Source: Bacteroidota bacterium
GTDB lineage: Bacteria; Bacteroidota; Bacteroidia; Bacteroidales; BM520
Assembly: GCA_002748065.1 (NCBI GenBank)
Contig: PDRJ01000032.1
Span: 236 to 64,235, forward strand
Reading direction: 5' to 3'
DNA length: 64,000 nt
Below the pieces are notes generated by a model, which saw nothing but the letters and a program-made list of their open reading frames with translations, did no database searches and had not been told where the DNA came from. Shown piece after piece: positions 55,011 to 63,958 of the stretch; the first letter of the stretch is position 1; each line of letters begins with the position of its first letter. The translations under genes and the position numbers were made by a program.

Positions 55011-55375
55011 TCACCGGATTTATCTTCCTTTCCCCTTTTTATGCGGTTAGCCCCCATTTCTATCGCACCCATTTTACTAGCTGCTAGCCGCTCTCCTTTT
55101 TTCTTATTAACTTGGTTCGATCAAAGAAATATTAATTTGTTGCTGTCGGGGTTTTTAGGTTTACCCTGTCCTTGAGCCCTCTCTGTAATTGGAGTTCGTC
55201 TATAAAAGTAAACACTATCGGAAACGATAACGTAGCTATGGGCGCAGAAGCTTTGCAAACTTGCACAGGAAGCAACAAGATGAACGAACCTAACAACAAC
55301 TCCAAGCTCAGCAAAAAGAGATCGAAACACTCAAGGTGATGCTCGAAGAGATGACAAGAAACTGAGATAATTGTT

Positions 55376-56911
55376 TTAATGCGTTCCGACAATATGCATG
55401 GCCGTGCGGATGCCATCGGCCGCAGATGACATAATGCCACCGGCATATCCACTCCCTTCTCCGGCGATAAAAAGATTCTCAAACCCTTCAAAACGGTTGT
55501 GTGCATCCCGGATCGCCTGTATGGGAGAGGAGGTTTTACTCTCTAAGCCTAAAAGGATACCCTGATCGTACCCCTTTAATTTTCGGGCAAACTGCTCTAG
55601 TCCTTCACGCATTCCCGCCACAATGGCCGGAGGGAGCATTTGGTAGAGTGGGGCCGGAGTGAGTCCCAGGGGATAGCTCGTCTCCGGGATGGAACTGCCT
55701 GTTTTTCCCTTTAAAAAGTCATGAATGGTGATGAAAGGAGCCGTATAGTTGCCTGTGAAGCTCTTGAAGGAGGCCTCCAGTTGTTCCAACTGTGCCAGCG
55801 CCTCCAGGGGGGATACGCTTTTCCCGGCTAACTGGTCGGGATGGATGCCCACCACACAGGCGGCATTGGCAAAGGCGCTATTGCGTTGGTAGTAGCTCAT
55901 CCCATTGACGATATTTGTGTGTTCGTAGGGGGTCGCCGGCACAACCATGCCACCCGGACACATGCAGAAGGTATACACCGGCCTATTTGCTTTAGCCTTG
56001 GCCGTAAGTCGGTATTCTGCCGCTTTAAGACCCGGCAGTTCGGGCACTCCCCATTGGGCTTTGTTGATAAGAGGTTGCGGATGCTCCGCCCTGCTGCCTA
56101 TGGCAAAGTTCTTGGTGCGAAAAGGAGCCCCGGCTCCGAGCAGCATCCGGTAGGTCTCGTAGGAGGAGTGTCCCGGTGCTACGATCAGATAGTCCACCTT
56201 GTGAACATCCTTGTCGGTGAGCGCTTCTACCACCTTGCGCCCGGAGAGTCTTAGTCCCGTGAGTGGGGTCTCAAACAGCACCGTTCCTCCTATCTTGATG
56301 AAGGCTTCACGAAGGTTCTTAACGATCTTTCGGAGGTTATCACTCCCCAGGTGGGGATGTGTGAGCCAGGCAATCTCTTCCGGTGCACCTGCTTTGAGGT
56401 AGGCATCGGTGATAAAGGCCTTCTCTTTGGAGATGCGCTTGGTGCGCGAGGTGAGCTTGCCATCCGAAAAGGTTCCCGCCCCTCCCTCGCCAAAACTGTA
56501 GGTCCCCAACGGATCGAATACGCCACTCTTTTCAAAGCTCGCAATGGCCTTGGTGCGCCTCTTTACATCGCTTCCTTGCTCCAGCAGCGTGACGTTAAAA
56601 CCCGACTGTTGCAGCACATAGGCCGCAAAAAAACCGGCAGGGCCCGCCCCGGCGACCAATATGTGTTGATTGCGCTTTCGGTAGGTGAGCCCCAACGGAG
56701 CCTCCGGAAGGGGAGACTCGCCCTTTAGCTCCGCGGCGCTAACGGCAATACGGAATTGCCAGTGGATATGGTCTTTTTTTCTGGCGTCTAAGCTTTTGGT
56801 GAGGATCTGCCAAGTGAACTTATGCACCCTCGCCTTTTTCCTGATGGCGTGTTGCAACTGCTCTTCCGAGTAGTTGACAGGAAGTGTTAACTCAATTATC
56901 TTATATCCCAT
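55376..56911 (-). CDS. FAD-dependent oxidoreductase (COG2509-like uncharacterised dehydrogenase)
   Basis: 511 aa. Dinucleotide-binding motif VAGAGPAGFFAA and a C-terminal GEGSGYAGGIMSSAADG. Confidence 0.75.
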   Translation of the reverse strand: MGYKIIELTLPVNYSEEQLQHAIRKKARVHKFTWQILTKSLDARKKDHIHWQFRIAVSAAELKGESPLPEAPLGLTYRKRNQHILVAGAGPAGFFAAYVLQQSGFNVTLLEQGSDVKRRTKAIASFEKSGVFDPLGTYSFGEGGAGTFSDGKLTSRTKRISKEKAFITDAYLKAGAPEEIAWLTHPHLGSDNLRKIVKNLREAFIKIGGTVLFETPLTGLRLSGRKVVEALTDKDVHKVDYLIVAPGHSSYETYRMLLGAGAPFRTKNFAIGSRAEHPQPLINKAQWGVPELPGLKAAEYRLTAKAKANRPVYTFCMCPGGMVVPATPYEHTNIVNGMSYYQRNSAFANAACVVGIHPDQLAGKSVSPLEALAQLEQLEASFKSFTGNYTAPFITIHDFLKGKTGSSIPETSYPLGLTPAPLYQMLPPAIVAGMREGLEQFARKLKGYDQGILLGLESKTSSPIQAIRDAHNRFEGFENLFIAGEGSGYAGGIMSSAADGIRTAMHIVGTH

Positions 56912-56928
56912 GGCGCTTGCTTAAACCA

Positions 56929-56936
56929 CAAAGATA
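56929..56936 (-). promoter_or_regulatory. -7 box TATCTTTG (minus strand)
   Basis: The plus strand reads caaagata, 18 nt upstream of start 56911. Confidence 0.5.
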
Positions 56937-56955
56937 GCGAAATCCTCTGTTCCGC

Positions 56956-58680
56956 TTAGGAGGAGATGGTGTGCAGTGAGTAGGCTTGGTATCCAAACGC
57001 CTCAAGCGTGATCGGCAGGGTGAACACGTCCGCTTTTTTGGCGTAGGTGGAAGTCTCCTCGGGGAGGGTTGGGAGTTGCTGTTTCCTTTGGAGTTGCGTG
57101 GTCTCCTCCATCCCCAAGGTTTCCAGTACATGAGCGTTGAGGGTCACCATGCTCTTTTGGGGTAGGGCATTGAAAGAGGCGACGATTAAGATCTTCTCCT
57201 CTTCCGTATGGCGTAAGAAGGCATAAATCCGTTCTTCTTGAAGGTGGGGATTTATCCACATAAGGTCATAAAAGGCTCCTGTTGAGATGGCGGGGTGCTG
57301 CCCGGCAAAACGGAGCAGGTCGCCATAGGCGTTACGAAGCTGTTGGACGGAGGGGGAGAGGTTGGCCCCGTCGAAAGCGCCGTGGTGGTTCCAACGCTGT
57401 ACCTCCGGCATGTGCCAATAGTCAAAAATGGTGGTCCGTCCGTCATCGCCACTGAACCCGGCCTGCGCATCTCCCTGTTCGCCCAACTCCTGACCATTGT
57501 AGATCATTACAGGCCCCTGATGCATAAGGGTGGAGACAACCATGGCCGGAAGACCTCTCTCCGCCTTGCCCGCAAAGTGAGTTGATGCAATACGCTGTTC
57601 ATCATGGTTCTCCATAAATCGTAGCATGAAGGGATCCAGCCCTCCTAAGTTTTGCCACACATGAGTTATATCATGAATGCTTCCTCCTCCTGTGGTCAGG
57701 TTGCGAAGGGTATCGTAGAGCCCCACTTTGTCGTAGAGGTAGTCAAACTGTCCCTCATGGAGGTAGGCGTGGTAGCGATCCGGATTGTAGACCTCCGCAA
57801 TAAAGATAAGCTGAGGATAGGTACGCTTTAGGTTTGAGATGGCCCAATGCCAAAAGGCCACAGGTACCATCTCGGCCATGTCGCATCGAAAACCGTCAAT
57901 TCCCATGGCACTCCAGAAAAGGAGGATAGCCTGCATCTTCTGCCACGTGTCGGGAATGGGAGAGAAATGGTTTTGGGAGCTTTGGTAGTCAACGCCATAG
58001 TTGAGCTTTACCGTTTCATACCAGTCGTTGATGGAGGGGCTGGCGGTGAAACAGTCGTTGCCACTGGCTTTGGCCGGATATTCACGGTAGGGCTCAAGGG
58101 TATTGAGGTCAACGTAATTACTGCATTTCTCCCGGGCTTCGTCGGGTAACCTGAAGGGCTCTTCAGGGAGATAGTAGAAGTTATTTTCCGGGGCGAAGGC
58201 GCTTGTTGGATCATCGTTTTCCCCCAACTGTCCGTGCCCCTCCGGGAGGTTGTCTGCGTGGTAGTTGCGCGCCACATGGTTGGGGACAAAATCGATGATG
58301 ACCTTCAAACCCTGGCGATGCGTTCGTTGGATCAATGCCTTGAACTCCTGCATCCGATTTTCCGGTTCCTCCGCCAAATCCGGATGGACATCATAGTAGT
58401 CTTTGATGGCGTAGGGGGATCCTGCTCGTCCCTTGATGACAAGGGGATGGTCCGGCGTAATCCCATAGCGGCTATAATCGGTTGAGGTGGCATGTTCGGG
58501 AACGCCGGTGAACCAGATATGGGTGATGCCCAGCTCCGCAAGGGAGCGTAACGCATTGTCGTTGACGGAGGCAAAGGTACCGCACCCGTTCTCTTGTCGT
58601 GATCCAAAAGGGATGGGGTGAGCCGTTTCGTTGCCAAAGAGTCGTGGAAAGAGTTGGTAAAGGGTGATTTTCTTTTTCAT
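56956..58680 (-). CDS. GH13 alpha-amylase-family glycoside hydrolase
   Basis: Trimmed to MKKKITLYQLFPRLFGN. DFVPNH, GFRCDMAEMV, IAEVY and FMENHDEQR catalytic-region motifs. Confidence 0.88.
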   Translation of the reverse strand: MKKKITLYQLFPRLFGNETAHPIPFGSRQENGCGTFASVNDNALRSLAELGITHIWFTGVPEHATSTDYSRYGITPDHPLVIKGRAGSPYAIKDYYDVHPDLAEEPENRMQEFKALIQRTHRQGLKVIIDFVPNHVARNYHADNLPEGHGQLGENDDPTSAFAPENNFYYLPEEPFRLPDEAREKCSNYVDLNTLEPYREYPAKASGNDCFTASPSINDWYETVKLNYGVDYQSSQNHFSPIPDTWQKMQAILLFWSAMGIDGFRCDMAEMVPVAFWHWAISNLKRTYPQLIFIAEVYNPDRYHAYLHEGQFDYLYDKVGLYDTLRNLTTGGGSIHDITHVWQNLGGLDPFMLRFMENHDEQRIASTHFAGKAERGLPAMVVSTLMHQGPVMIYNGQELGEQGDAQAGFSGDDGRTTIFDYWHMPEVQRWNHHGAFDGANLSPSVQQLRNAYGDLLRFAGQHPAISTGAFYDLMWINPHLQEERIYAFLRHTEEEKILIVASFNALPQKSMVTLNAHVLETLGMEETTQLQRKQQLPTLPEETSTYAKKADVFTLPITLEAFGYQAYSLHTISS

Positions 58681-58732
58681 GGGCAGGGGGTTGAGGGGCC
58701 TTTTTTGAGGAGCTGCCTGTTTGATCCCTCCT

Positions 58733-60772
58733 CTAAGCGTTGTCAATAAGTTCGGTGATTTCCTGGAGGCTCTTTGCTTGAAAGATCTCTTCCGGGTTAA
58801 TGCGGACGTTGAACCGGTTGGAGAGATCCGCTGCCAGCTCGATGGCTGTGATGGAGTCCAATGGATATTGGCTTAGTGCATGGTCGGGATCAAGACGGGA
58901 GGCGGGGATGCGCATCTTCTGCTCAATCCACTGGAAAAGCCACTGCATCGTTTCCCCCATGGGTGAGGCGGTTTCCGGAGCCTCTCCCCAAGCTGTTTCC
59001 GCTTCCCACGCTCCTACGACAGCAAGCTCCCCTCTGAGGTAAGCCTCCTTGCATTGGTGGCGAGAGATTTTTCCACTGGAGGTCTTGGGGATGCTCATGG
59101 TACGGATCAGGATGATGGCAAAGGGGGCAATCTCAAACTCGGTGAGGATGGCTTGACGGATCTTCTCCATGACCGCAGCGGTGTCCAACCTGCGTAGTGC
59201 CGTGCGCCGAACCTCTGCCACCACCACTAACTGCTCTTTCCCTGCAGCATCCACGGAGAACGCAGCGGTGTTGCCGGCATAAATACAAGGATCACTCTGT
59301 TCTGTCGCAAGCTCAATATCCTGTGGATAGTGGTTGGCACCATTGATGATAATCAGGTCTTTTAGTCGTCCTGAGACATATAGCTTCTGCTTCCATATAA
59401 ACCCCATATCCCCGGTACGGAGGTAGGGCTCTTCATGGGTAGCCGCGATGTGAGCCCCAAAGGTTTCCTGGGTTAGTGTGGAATTGTTCCAGTATCCTTG
59501 AGTAACAGAAGAGCCTGATATCCATATCTCTCCCACCTCATCTTTTTTGCAAGGGGACAGGGTCTCGGGGTTGACAATAACGACCTTCATATCGTGGCAA
59601 GGCCTTCCTACGGAGGCTACCACATACCCTTTTGCGGTTTTGGGAACAACGCTTACCTTCCCCTCTTGGTAGGCGGCTCTATCCAAATGGAGGTATTGGG
59701 CTCTCTCTTGCACCTCCTCAGAGCTGATGTGCAGGGTCGTCTCCGCCATACCATAGGCGGGAGTTAAACAGTTCGTGTTGAGCTGAACACTTTTGTACGT
59801 TTCCATGAGCCTCTCATGGGTCTGTTGCCTGGCCGGTTCTGCTCCATTATAAAGCGTGACGATACCACTCAGGTCCAGAGAAGCTTTCTCCTCCTCTGTC
59901 ACCTTGGTTGCCAGAAGGTCATAGGCAAAGTTGGGAGCACCTCCAATGGTGCCGTTATACTGTTGGAAGGCCCTGAACCAACGCAGGGGTTTCTGAATAA
60001 AGCTAATGGGCGGCATTAGTACACTATGATAATCGGTATAGACAGGACTGAAAATACCAAACACCAGCCCCATGTCATGGAAGATGGGAAGCCAGTGGAC
60101 CGAGATGCTCGCCTTGCCTAACCGGAATCCCTCTTTGAGTTGTTGACAATTGGCCAGGATATTCCCGTGGCTCACCATTACCCCTTTGGGGGCACCTGTA
60201 GAGCCACTGGTATATTGTAGAAAGGCAAGATCCGTTCTTTGGGGAAGAAAGGGACGGTACGCCAGCCTGTTCTCCATAATCTGTTCATGGGTCTGATGGG
60301 CCATCTCTCTTAGCTGTTTCTCGGAAGCATGGAAGGAGGTGATTCTCGGTAAAATGGACTCCGTGGTAGCGATAAGTTTGGCGTTTGAGTTATGAATAAT
60401 GTTTTTAAGGCGTAGAAAAGATTGATTGCGCTTGGGGGGGTAGGCCGGTATGGCGATGGCTCCGGCATACAGACAGCCCCAAAGCGCAATGATAAATTGG
60501 TATCCCTGGGGATAGAGGAGCAGAATTCGCTCTCCTTTCAGCCCTTTATCTTGCAGGAAGGCGGCGTATCGTTTGGCCTCCCGGTCGAGCATCTCATAGC
60601 TGATCTCTGTGGCATCATTCTCTCCATCGTTGAGGTAGGTGTATACGATCTTTTGGGGTTGGAGGGTGGCGTGATGCTGTACTCGTTCTACCAAACTGGA
60701 GAACGCGGCATCTATAGGAGGATCCTCTTTGGTGATTGGAGAGCGATCATTTTTCGATGAAAAGATGGCCAT
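58733..60772 (-). CDS. Fatty-acyl-AMP ligase (FAAL-type adenylation domain) fused to a C-terminal carrier (PP-binding) domain
   Basis: 679 aa. LLYPQGYQFIIALWGCLYAGAIAIPAYPP and LQYTSGSTGAPKGV (A3) motifs. The last ~80 aa read ...SQYPLDSITAIELAADL (phosphopantetheine Ser in LDS). Confidence 0.8.
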   Translation of the reverse strand: MAIFSSKNDRSPITKEDPPIDAAFSSLVERVQHHATLQPQKIVYTYLNDGENDATEISYEMLDREAKRYAAFLQDKGLKGERILLLYPQGYQFIIALWGCLYAGAIAIPAYPPKRNQSFLRLKNIIHNSNAKLIATTESILPRITSFHASEKQLREMAHQTHEQIMENRLAYRPFLPQRTDLAFLQYTSGSTGAPKGVMVSHGNILANCQQLKEGFRLGKASISVHWLPIFHDMGLVFGIFSPVYTDYHSVLMPPISFIQKPLRWFRAFQQYNGTIGGAPNFAYDLLATKVTEEEKASLDLSGIVTLYNGAEPARQQTHERLMETYKSVQLNTNCLTPAYGMAETTLHISSEEVQERAQYLHLDRAAYQEGKVSVVPKTAKGYVVASVGRPCHDMKVVIVNPETLSPCKKDEVGEIWISGSSVTQGYWNNSTLTQETFGAHIAATHEEPYLRTGDMGFIWKQKLYVSGRLKDLIIINGANHYPQDIELATEQSDPCIYAGNTAAFSVDAAGKEQLVVVAEVRRTALRRLDTAAVMEKIRQAILTEFEIAPFAIILIRTMSIPKTSSGKISRHQCKEAYLRGELAVVGAWEAETAWGEAPETASPMGETMQWLFQWIEQKMRIPASRLDPDHALSQYPLDSITAIELAADLSNRFNVRINPEEIFQAKSLQEITELIDNA

Positions 60773-60803
60773 AGTTGTTTTTATGATTGTTTTAAGTGGT
60801 TCG

Positions 60804-60811
60804 CAAAGATA
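60804..60811 (-). promoter_or_regulatory. -7 box TATCTTTG (minus strand) for the FAAL-carrier gene
   Basis: The plus strand reads caaagata, 32 nt upstream of start 60772. Confidence 0.5.
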
Positions 60812-60832
60812 GGATTTATATACATTTAGTGA

Positions 60833-60840
60833 TATTTTTG
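60833..60840 (+). promoter_or_regulatory. -7 box TATTTTTG for the MBOAT operon
   Basis: 20 nt upstream of ATG 60860. Divergent from the box at 60804..60811. Confidence 0.5.
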
Positions 60841-60859
60841 CCCCTGTTTAACTGGTGAT

Positions 60860-62311
60860 ATGTTATTTAACTCGCTCGAATTTCTACTGTTTTTTCCGGT
60901 AGTAATGATCCTCTATCAACTGCTGCCTCGCAAGCATCGTTGGCTGTTGTTATTGGCATCAAGTTACCTGTTTTACATGGCTTGGAAGGTGGAGTATGTG
61001 TTTCTGATTCTCTTCTCCACAGGGGTTGATTATTGGGCGGCGCTTCGTATGGTGCGGACGGAGGAGCCGCGGGTGCGTCGACGCTATCTGTTTCTTAGCA
61101 TATTCGCTAACTTAGGGCTGCTGTTTGCCTTTAAGTACATGGGTTTTTTCAATACCTCCCTGAATGAGGCTTTCGCCTGGGCGGGGCTTCCATGGCAGTT
61201 CTTTGTGCCCAATTGGTTGCTTCCGGTGGGAATCTCTTTCTACACTTTTCAGACCATGAGCTACACCATTGATGTTTACAAGGGGAAGGTGAAGCCGGAG
61301 AGGCATTTTGGCTATTTTGCCCTTTATGTGAGCTTCTTCCCTCAACTTGTGGCTGGCCCTATTGAGAGACCGGGGCATCTCCTTCCCCAACTGCATCGCC
61401 TTGCTTCTCCTACGGAGAAGGAGTTCGCCAGTGGAATACGGCTTATGCTGTGGGGATATTTTAAGAAGGTGGTGATTGCCGATCGTATCGTGATGTTTAC
61501 CCAACCGGTCTTTATGGATCCGGAGAATTTTGGTTTTTGGTCGGTGGTGCCGGCACTCTTTTTCTTGTTGATACAGGTTTATGCCGATTTCAGCGGGTAC
61601 ACCGATATTGCCATAGGCTCTGCCCGCTGCATGGGAGTGCATCTGAGTGAGAACTTTAACCGTCCCTTTACGGCTACCTCCATCCGTGACTTTTGGGCGC
61701 GGTGGCATATTACCCTTACCAACTGGTTCCGTGATTACCTCTTCTTCTCCTTCTCTTTTACCCGTAAGGGGAAGGTGCAGCGGTGGCGTATTCATCTGGG
61801 GCTGTTCCTGATGCTTTTACTTATAGGGCTGTGGCATGGGGCAAACTGGACCTTTATCACCTTTGGGGCGATTCATGGTGTCTATCTTATCGTGGGGAAC
61901 CTTATACGTCCTTATGGGGAGAGGATGGCCTTGCGTACGGGACTTTCCCGACGGCCTTTATTACGCGAATACCTTGGCATTGCCAGGACGATGCTGCTGC
62001 TGATGTTCTCAGCCTTCTTCTTCGGAAGACACTCCTTTGCTCAGTCCATGACTATGATGCGGCAGGCTGTGGTGATGGATGGCTTTAAGGGCTCTCTGCT
62101 CTGGTTAAGAGGCAATGATAGCATCCTCAGCGTGCTGTTGGTGATCTTCCTTTTTGTCGCAGAGCGAAAGATGGCACATCAAGGGGGAGGCGCGGAGATT
62201 CTTTCTCGGTTGTCGGTGGGCAAGCGCTGGCTGCTCTACCTGGCATTCTTCTTTTTTATACTTATTTTTGGAATCTTTCATAAGAATGAGTTTATCTATT
62301 TTCAATTTTAA
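60860..62311 (+). CDS. MBOAT-family membrane O-acyltransferase (AlgI/DltB-like)
   Basis: 483 aa, multi-TM. FWARWHITLTNWFRDYLF (invariant MBOAT His) and GLWHGANW. Confidence 0.88.
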   Translation: MLFNSLEFLLFFPVVMILYQLLPRKHRWLLLLASSYLFYMAWKVEYVFLILFSTGVDYWAALRMVRTEEPRVRRRYLFLSIFANLGLLFAFKYMGFFNTSLNEAFAWAGLPWQFFVPNWLLPVGISFYTFQTMSYTIDVYKGKVKPERHFGYFALYVSFFPQLVAGPIERPGHLLPQLHRLASPTEKEFASGIRLMLWGYFKKVVIADRIVMFTQPVFMDPENFGFWSVVPALFFLLIQVYADFSGYTDIAIGSARCMGVHLSENFNRPFTATSIRDFWARWHITLTNWFRDYLFFSFSFTRKGKVQRWRIHLGLFLMLLLIGLWHGANWTFITFGAIHGVYLIVGNLIRPYGERMALRTGLSRRPLLREYLGIARTMLLLMFSAFFFGRHSFAQSMTMMRQAVVMDGFKGSLLWLRGNDSILSVLLVIFLFVAERKMAHQGGGAEILSRLSVGKRWLLYLAFFFFILIFGIFHKNEFIYFQF

Positions 62312-62316
62312 GAGCG

Positions 62317-63294
62317 ATGAAAAATTGGAGAGCCATTCATAAGGTGTTGTTTGCTGCGGTTTTAGTGCTGACGGGAAACTTCCTCCTGCACGCCCTCTAT
62401 CATCGTTTTATGATTATCAACCGGGTGAATTACCATCAGGATGAGCAGTTTGATGCGCTGGATTCATTGACCGGAATGCTCCTTATTGGTAATTCTCACA
62501 ACCCGTTAAATCCCGAGATTTTGGGCAACGCCTTTAACTATGCTTCGCCCCATGAGCTCTTCCCGCACACCTATTACAAGCTGAAATCTTATATTGACAG
62601 GCCGGGGATCCAGCCCTCTTGCATTGTTTTTCCGGTGGATGCCAGTGCCTTCTCTCCGGGAGCCCTCTCGACCATGCGCTTCCATGATTATTGGGTGCGG
62701 CGATTGGATTACCTGGCGCTGGCGCGCGAATGCCGCGACTTTACCTATGTTCGGCACTATCTCGCTGCCCGTTGTTGCTGCTACCTGGGGAATTATACCC
62801 ACGGCTGGTGGAGCATTCAAGCCCTTTTTGCCGATTTCTCCGTTATGAAAAATGGCTACCGTCCTCCCCGGGATTTCAAACGTTGGATGGATATTACCAA
62901 CAAGACCAAAGCCGGATGGGAGCGAGCCAACTCCTTTGTCTCCTCCTATGAGGATAGCCGTCCCGATTCCCTTATGACCCGCTATTTTGAGCGTATCCTG
63001 CAACTTTGTGAAGCACGGAATATAGAAGTGTTTCTCTACCGCTCGCCGTTGACCAAGGAGTATGTGGAGAGTGCTTCCGAGTTTGTGGATTATGAGGCTT
63101 TTGATGCCTCTATAGATAGTATTGTATCATGTTACCCCAATGTCTCAGCCATTTTTAACTACCGGACGCTCTTTTTTCAACATCCGGACTATTTTTTTAA
63201 TGCGGACCATCTTAACCCGCGTGGTGCCGACTCCCTAACGCGGTTGTTTCTTCACGATATTTCGCGCTATAACGCCGCAACCTCTTTTGATTAG
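62317..63294 (+). CDS. Membrane-anchored SGNH/DltD/AlgJ-like protein (candidate extracytoplasmic acyltransferase partner)
   Basis: 325 aa. One N-terminal TM, LLIGNSH near the N-terminus and FFNADHLNPRGAD near the C-terminus (Ser ... Asp-His arrangement). Starts 5 nt after the MBOAT stop. The fold assignment is tentative. Confidence 0.5.
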   Translation: MKNWRAIHKVLFAAVLVLTGNFLLHALYHRFMIINRVNYHQDEQFDALDSLTGMLLIGNSHNPLNPEILGNAFNYASPHELFPHTYYKLKSYIDRPGIQPSCIVFPVDASAFSPGALSTMRFHDYWVRRLDYLALARECRDFTYVRHYLAARCCCYLGNYTHGWWSIQALFADFSVMKNGYRPPRDFKRWMDITNKTKAGWERANSFVSSYEDSRPDSLMTRYFERILQLCEARNIEVFLYRSPLTKEYVESASEFVDYEAFDASIDSIVSCYPNVSAIFNYRTLFFQHPDYFFNADHLNPRGADSLTRLFLHDISRYNAATSFD

Positions 63295-63406
63295 TTGAAA
63301 ATTAAAGGTTTGTTTTTGCTAGTGTGCTATATTCCTTTGAATCTGAAGTTCTTTTTTGTTTTTTGATTCCCCATTGTGAAAAGGTCTCGCCCCTCCGGAG
63401 CTCAGC

Positions 63407-63434
63407 GGCTGTTAGCTTTTGGCTGTTAGCCTTT
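63407..63434. repeat. 14-nt tandem word repeat (ggctgttagcYttt x2)
   Basis: ggctgttagctttt ggctgttagccttt, followed by the partial copy agcttc. Confidence 0.7.
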
Positions 63435-63482
63435 AGCTTCTTGGGTTAATGGTAACGTTCACAAAAAGTTGCTTCCTGTCTC

Positions 63483-63518
63483 CCGACTTCCGTCTTCTGA
63501 CTTCCGACTTCCGTCTTC
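63483..63518. repeat. Direct repeat ccgacttccgtcttc x2 (21-nt period)
   Basis: ccgacttccgtcttc-tgactt-ccgacttccgtcttc. Confidence 0.7.
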
Positions 63519-63694
63519 ATTACCATATCGCCGCATTGTCACATGATCGCATTTAAAACAAAGATAATCGCATTATTTTCAAATAATTGATAATTACTAA
63601 TTAAAAAAATGTTTGAGCTATAGGTAATAAAATCATCGTATTGGTATTAAAGAGAAGAAACCTTTGTAACAGTAGTTCTCCAAGAAGCTATCGA

Positions 63695-63707
63695 ACCCCG
63701 TAGGGGT
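63695..63707. repeat. 13-nt palindrome ACCCCGTAGGGGT (REP/IS200-end-like hairpin 1)
   Basis: Perfect palindrome, followed by gaaacctttgtaa, which also occurs at 63657..63669. Confidence 0.7.
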
Positions 63708-63746
63708 GAAACCTTTGTAAAGAAAGGAGCCTTTACTACTATACAA

Positions 63747-63759
63747 GCCCCGTAGGGGC
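63747..63759. repeat. 13-nt palindrome GCCCCGTAGGGGC (hairpin 2)
   Basis: Second copy 52 nt after the first, and 21 nt upstream of ATG 63780. Confidence 0.7.
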
Positions 63760-63779
63760 GACACTAAACAAAGACGGAT

Positions 63780-63958
63780 ATGGCTAATACCTACACGCAA
63801 CTATACCTGCAAATCGTATTTGTAGTAAAAAGCAGAGAAAACCTCATTCATGAGCGTATCCGTGAAAAAGTAGAGAAGTACATCTGTGGTATTGTGAGCA
63901 AGCATAAATCTAAGCCCCTTGTCATCTACTGCAATCCGGATCACTTACATCTCTTAAC
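63780..63958 (+). pseudogene. IS200/IS605-type Y1 (HUH) transposase / RAYT-like gene, interrupted after the HUH motif by a MITE
   Basis: MANTYTQLYLQIVFVVKSRENLIHERIREKVEKYICGIVSKHKSKPLVIYCNPDHLHLL (HUH = HLH). From 63959 the reading frame continues into MITE sequence (TRGCIESPTSSLCL). Confidence 0.65.

Noticed and set aside
55121-55506. ORFs 55121..55330(-) and 55132..55506(-)
   Set aside because: They have no motifs, overlap the 3' end of the FAD-oxidoreductase gene or lie in debris, and their composition is atypical.
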